Made by a program: the position numbers and the translations under genes. Below are positions 36,631 to 39,166 of a DNA stretch of 39,166 bases, piece by piece; positions within the stretch are counted from its first letter, which is position 1; the number at the start of each line of letters is the position of its first letter. Location of the stretch: assembly GCA_964632315.1 (NCBI GenBank), contig CAZWEM010000046.1, positions 1-39,166 on the forward strand. The letters run 5' to 3'. Origin of the DNA: an uncultured archaeon (GTDB lineage: Archaea; Asgardarchaeota; Lokiarchaeia; Sigyniarchaeales; SOKP01). The notes beneath the pieces are model-generated. The model was not told the origin of the DNA and searched no databases. It saw nothing but the letters and a program-made list of their open reading frames with translations.

Positions 36631-38169
36631 ATGAAATATAAAAAATCTTTTAATAACTTTAAGAAATCAGGATTGGTTCTTTTATTATTTTTTATTTTTT
36701 TATTGACTTTTTATAATTATAATTTTATTCTCAATAATCATCAGAATTGTTCGAATCCAGAATATCCCAAAACTTCTAATAATGTAGCTTATGAATGGGA
36801 TCAGATCTGGAGTATTTCGGAAAACACATATCCAAATGACGTTGTTTTGGATAATCAGGGGAATATATATATCACTGGATATAGCACGAATTATTATCTT
36901 ACAGGATATGACTACTTTCTAATGAGCATTGAAAGTAGAGGAAATCTCAATTGGAGCTGTATTTGGGGTACTAAAGATTCTGATTTTGGATATGATTTAG
37001 AACTATTTAATTCTTTTTTTTATGTTTTAGGTAGATCGAATTATAGTTATGAGATAACAAAATTAAATAGAGAAGCTATTGTTGGAGATACAATATCTTT
37101 AAATGAACGAGTAAGTTCCCTCAGTCAAAGTATGAAAATGGATCAATATGGAAACTTTTATATCGTCGGGAGCAATTTTAGCCAAGATTATGATTTATAT
37201 ATTGCAAAATTAAATCTAACAGGAGGAACCGATTGGGAACTAATTTGGGACTCAGGAAAAGAGGATTGGGGAGATTCATTAACTCTAGATATTGATAATA
37301 ACGTATATGCTGTAGGAAGATCCTACAATTCGGATTATTCGATATCATCCTTGACATTATTAAAATGTGACAACGTAGGGAATCTAATGTGGAGTAGCAA
37401 GAAAAATTTTAATGATTATTTTGGAATTAATCAAATTATCGTTGATCAATTGGGAAATATATATATAGTTGGCTCTCAACGTTATACGTCTAATGAAGAT
37501 TATAATATTTTTTTACTTAAATATAGTAATTTAGGTGTACTTCAATGGAATTTTATTTGGGGAGGAAATAAAAATGAGCATGGTGATGATCTTGTGATTG
37601 ATAATGCTGGAAATATATACGTACTTGGAGATACATATAGTTATGGTCATGGCGAATGTGATATTTGCCTTTTAAAGTTAAATCCAGACGGTGATTTATT
37701 ATGGACATATTTTTGGGGTGGCTCTGATTATGATTATGGAAAAGCAATTTCAATCGACTCTCATGAAAATATTTATGTTGTAGGTTATACTCGTAGTTTT
37801 GGAACTGCTTATTATAATTTATGTTTAATTAAATTCGGAGTCGATTCAGATGACGATGGATTGACTGATAATGATGAGGAAAAGATATACCTCACCGATA
37901 AATATAATCCAGATACAGATAAAGATGGAATAAACGATGGAGATGAAATTAATAGGTATGGCACGAATCCTCTTAATAAAGACACTGATAGTGATTTATT
38001 TTCTGATTATGCTGAAATCTTTATTTTTTCGACCGATCCGAGTAATTCTTTTAATAATCCCATCTTTTTTGCTTCAATCTATTCACTAGTTGGTATTACA
38101 GGGATTCTGATTGGTTTGTATATTTATATTAGCATAAAAGAAAGAAGAGAAAAAGAAAAAGGAAGTTAA
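36631..38169 (+). CDS. SBBP beta-propeller surface protein with Ca-binding DxDxDG repeats and C-terminal TM
   Basis: Repeats DNQGNIYITG, DQYGNFYIVG, DQLGNIYIVG, DNAGNIYVLG, DSHENIYVVG; DSDDDGLTD, DTDKDGIND, DTDSDLFSD. Start placed at MKYKK; ATG 36601 is the alternative. Confidence 0.88.
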   Translation: MKYKKSFNNFKKSGLVLLLFFIFLLTFYNYNFILNNHQNCSNPEYPKTSNNVAYEWDQIWSISENTYPNDVVLDNQGNIYITGYSTNYYLTGYDYFLMSIESRGNLNWSCIWGTKDSDFGYDLELFNSFFYVLGRSNYSYEITKLNREAIVGDTISLNERVSSLSQSMKMDQYGNFYIVGSNFSQDYDLYIAKLNLTGGTDWELIWDSGKEDWGDSLTLDIDNNVYAVGRSYNSDYSISSLTLLKCDNVGNLMWSSKKNFNDYFGINQIIVDQLGNIYIVGSQRYTSNEDYNIFLLKYSNLGVLQWNFIWGGNKNEHGDDLVIDNAGNIYVLGDTYSYGHGECDICLLKLNPDGDLLWTYFWGGSDYDYGKAISIDSHENIYVVGYTRSFGTAYYNLCLIKFGVDSDDDGLTDNDEEKIYLTDKYNPDTDKDGINDGDEINRYGTNPLNKDTDSDLFSDYAEIFIFSTDPSNSFNNPIFFASIYSLVGITGILIGLYIYISIKERREKEKGS

Positions 38170-39166
38170 GCTTTATATCTGGCATTACCATCCATTATTT
38201 CTCTATTTAGAATCATGTCATTTGCCTGCATTCCTGCTAACAATGTGGCAAATACACTATGTATGAACTTTGGTTGATAAAGTCCTTTTATGGGAGTTTT
38301 CATTTTTAATCTTGTCCTCCCAAAATTATCTGGATACGGAGCCATATCATAAATAGCTCCAGAGGGGGAACCAGAATACCGTGCATAGGTTGCTGGGGTT
38401 GAAATATCAACCACCTTAACATGCTTTCTGAGGTCGGGTATGAGATATTTTTCAGTTAGGTCTATGAAGAAGTCGGCCCATTTTTGTTTTTTCTCATTAT
38501 AACGCTGAGGATCTTTTTCCCTTAGTTCTACCCAATCATCGATACCCATCGGCACAATTCTCAAAATAATATTTTGTTTCCCGCCTGTCGTTAATGAGGG
38601 ACAGATAACTCCAAGTCGAAATTCTTTATCTGTATAGCCGATCTTTCCTTGTTCCATATCATCAAATAGCCGATCGAAGATATCTCCTCCTGACGTGATC
38701 ACGCTATAGCCACAATCTAAACCTAATGCTTCCAGATCAATCTCATCATCAAGTCCAATACTGACATTCATTGATGATGTAGACATTCTCACGCTTTCAA
38801 CTTTTTCTGCATACTTTTTATCCAGATCATGTATCAAATCTAAACCAACCATTTCTTTCATGGCAACTAGAGGGTCGATGGTGGTTATTACATAATCCGA
38901 ATATAATTCTCTACCATCTTCTAACTTGACACCTTTAACCTCCTCGTCTTTAACTAATATCTTGTTTACTTTAGTATTAAGCATCAATTCTCCCCCTAAA
39001 GAAAGATATTTCTCTTCAAATTTCTTTGGGAACTCGATGAATCCACCTTTTGGACGAAATGCACCATCAAGCAACGAGTTCATTGCAGATATCGGTACAG
39101 GTGCCGAAACTCTATTAGCGGGTAATCCACTGAACTCCGCAAATACGGTGAAAATTTCAATAACAT
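38166..39166 (-). CDS. Phytoene desaturase/CrtI-like FAD oxidoreductase, 5' end beyond the window
   Basis: RPKGG, GGELMLNTKVNKI, DISTPATYARYSGSPSGAIY, TPIKGLY; the frame stays open to the window edge (VIEIFTVFAEFSGLP..). Confidence 0.88.
   Translation of the reverse strand, partial: VIEIFTVFAEFSGLPANRVSAPVPISAMNSLLDGAFRPKGGFIEFPKKFEEKYLSLGGELMLNTKVNKILVKDEEVKGVKLEDGRELYSDYVITTIDPLVAMKEMVGLDLIHDLDKKYAEKVESVRMSTSSMNVSIGLDDEIDLEALGLDCGYSVITSGGDIFDRLFDDMEQGKIGYTDKEFRLGVICPSLTTGGKQNIILRIVPMGIDDWVELREKDPQRYNEKKQKWADFFIDLTEKYLIPDLRKHVKVVDISTPATYARYSGSPSGAIYDMAPYPDNFGRTRLKMKTPIKGLYQPKFIHSVFATLLAGMQANDMILNREIMDGNARYKA

Noticed and set aside
10795-37753. Numerous 60-116 aa ORFs antisense to or overlapping AOR, PDH, CK, DMT, GTPase, ggt, kam, kdd and SBBP genes
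   Set aside because: All lie within or largely overlap well-supported genes and have no recognisable features.
38166-39083. ATG 39083 as the start of the CrtI-like gene
   Set aside because: The frame is open to the window edge and the N-terminal GxGxxG FAD motif is missing, so the gene starts outside the window.

Overview
AT-rich archaeal chromosomal segment, most likely Asgard/Lokiarchaeia. That assignment is an inference from a Rab-like small GTPase lacking a prenylation tail, an IPGY-TM-KKK Loki-CTERM-like tail, and LVIVD, SBBP and beta-helix surface proteins. The core is a basic-amino-acid catabolism neighbourhood. (i) Arginine cluster: a P-loop protein resembling arginine synthetase ArcE, an AOR-family oxidoreductase, a proline-dehydrogenase-like alpha/beta pair, OTC, carbamate kinase and a convergent ornithine aminotransferase; no arginine deiminase is present. 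(ii) A DMT/EamA transporter fused to an Lrp/AsnC ligand-binding (RAM) domain, followed by a stand-alone RAM protein. (iii) Lysine fermentation genes kdd, kamA, kamB, kamD, kamE in clostridial order but split by opposite-strand insertions. A TGGG-N8-CCC palindrome precedes arcE, the PDH-like operon and kamA, suggesting an undescribed Arg/Pro/Lys regulon. A ~100 bp degenerate copy of the arcE promoter brackets a ~2.6 kb AT-rich block of orphan ORFs. Two otherwise intact genes each carry one in-frame TAA. No rRNA, tRNA, CRISPR array or transposase was recognised. All calls come from reading motifs by eye; no database search was run.
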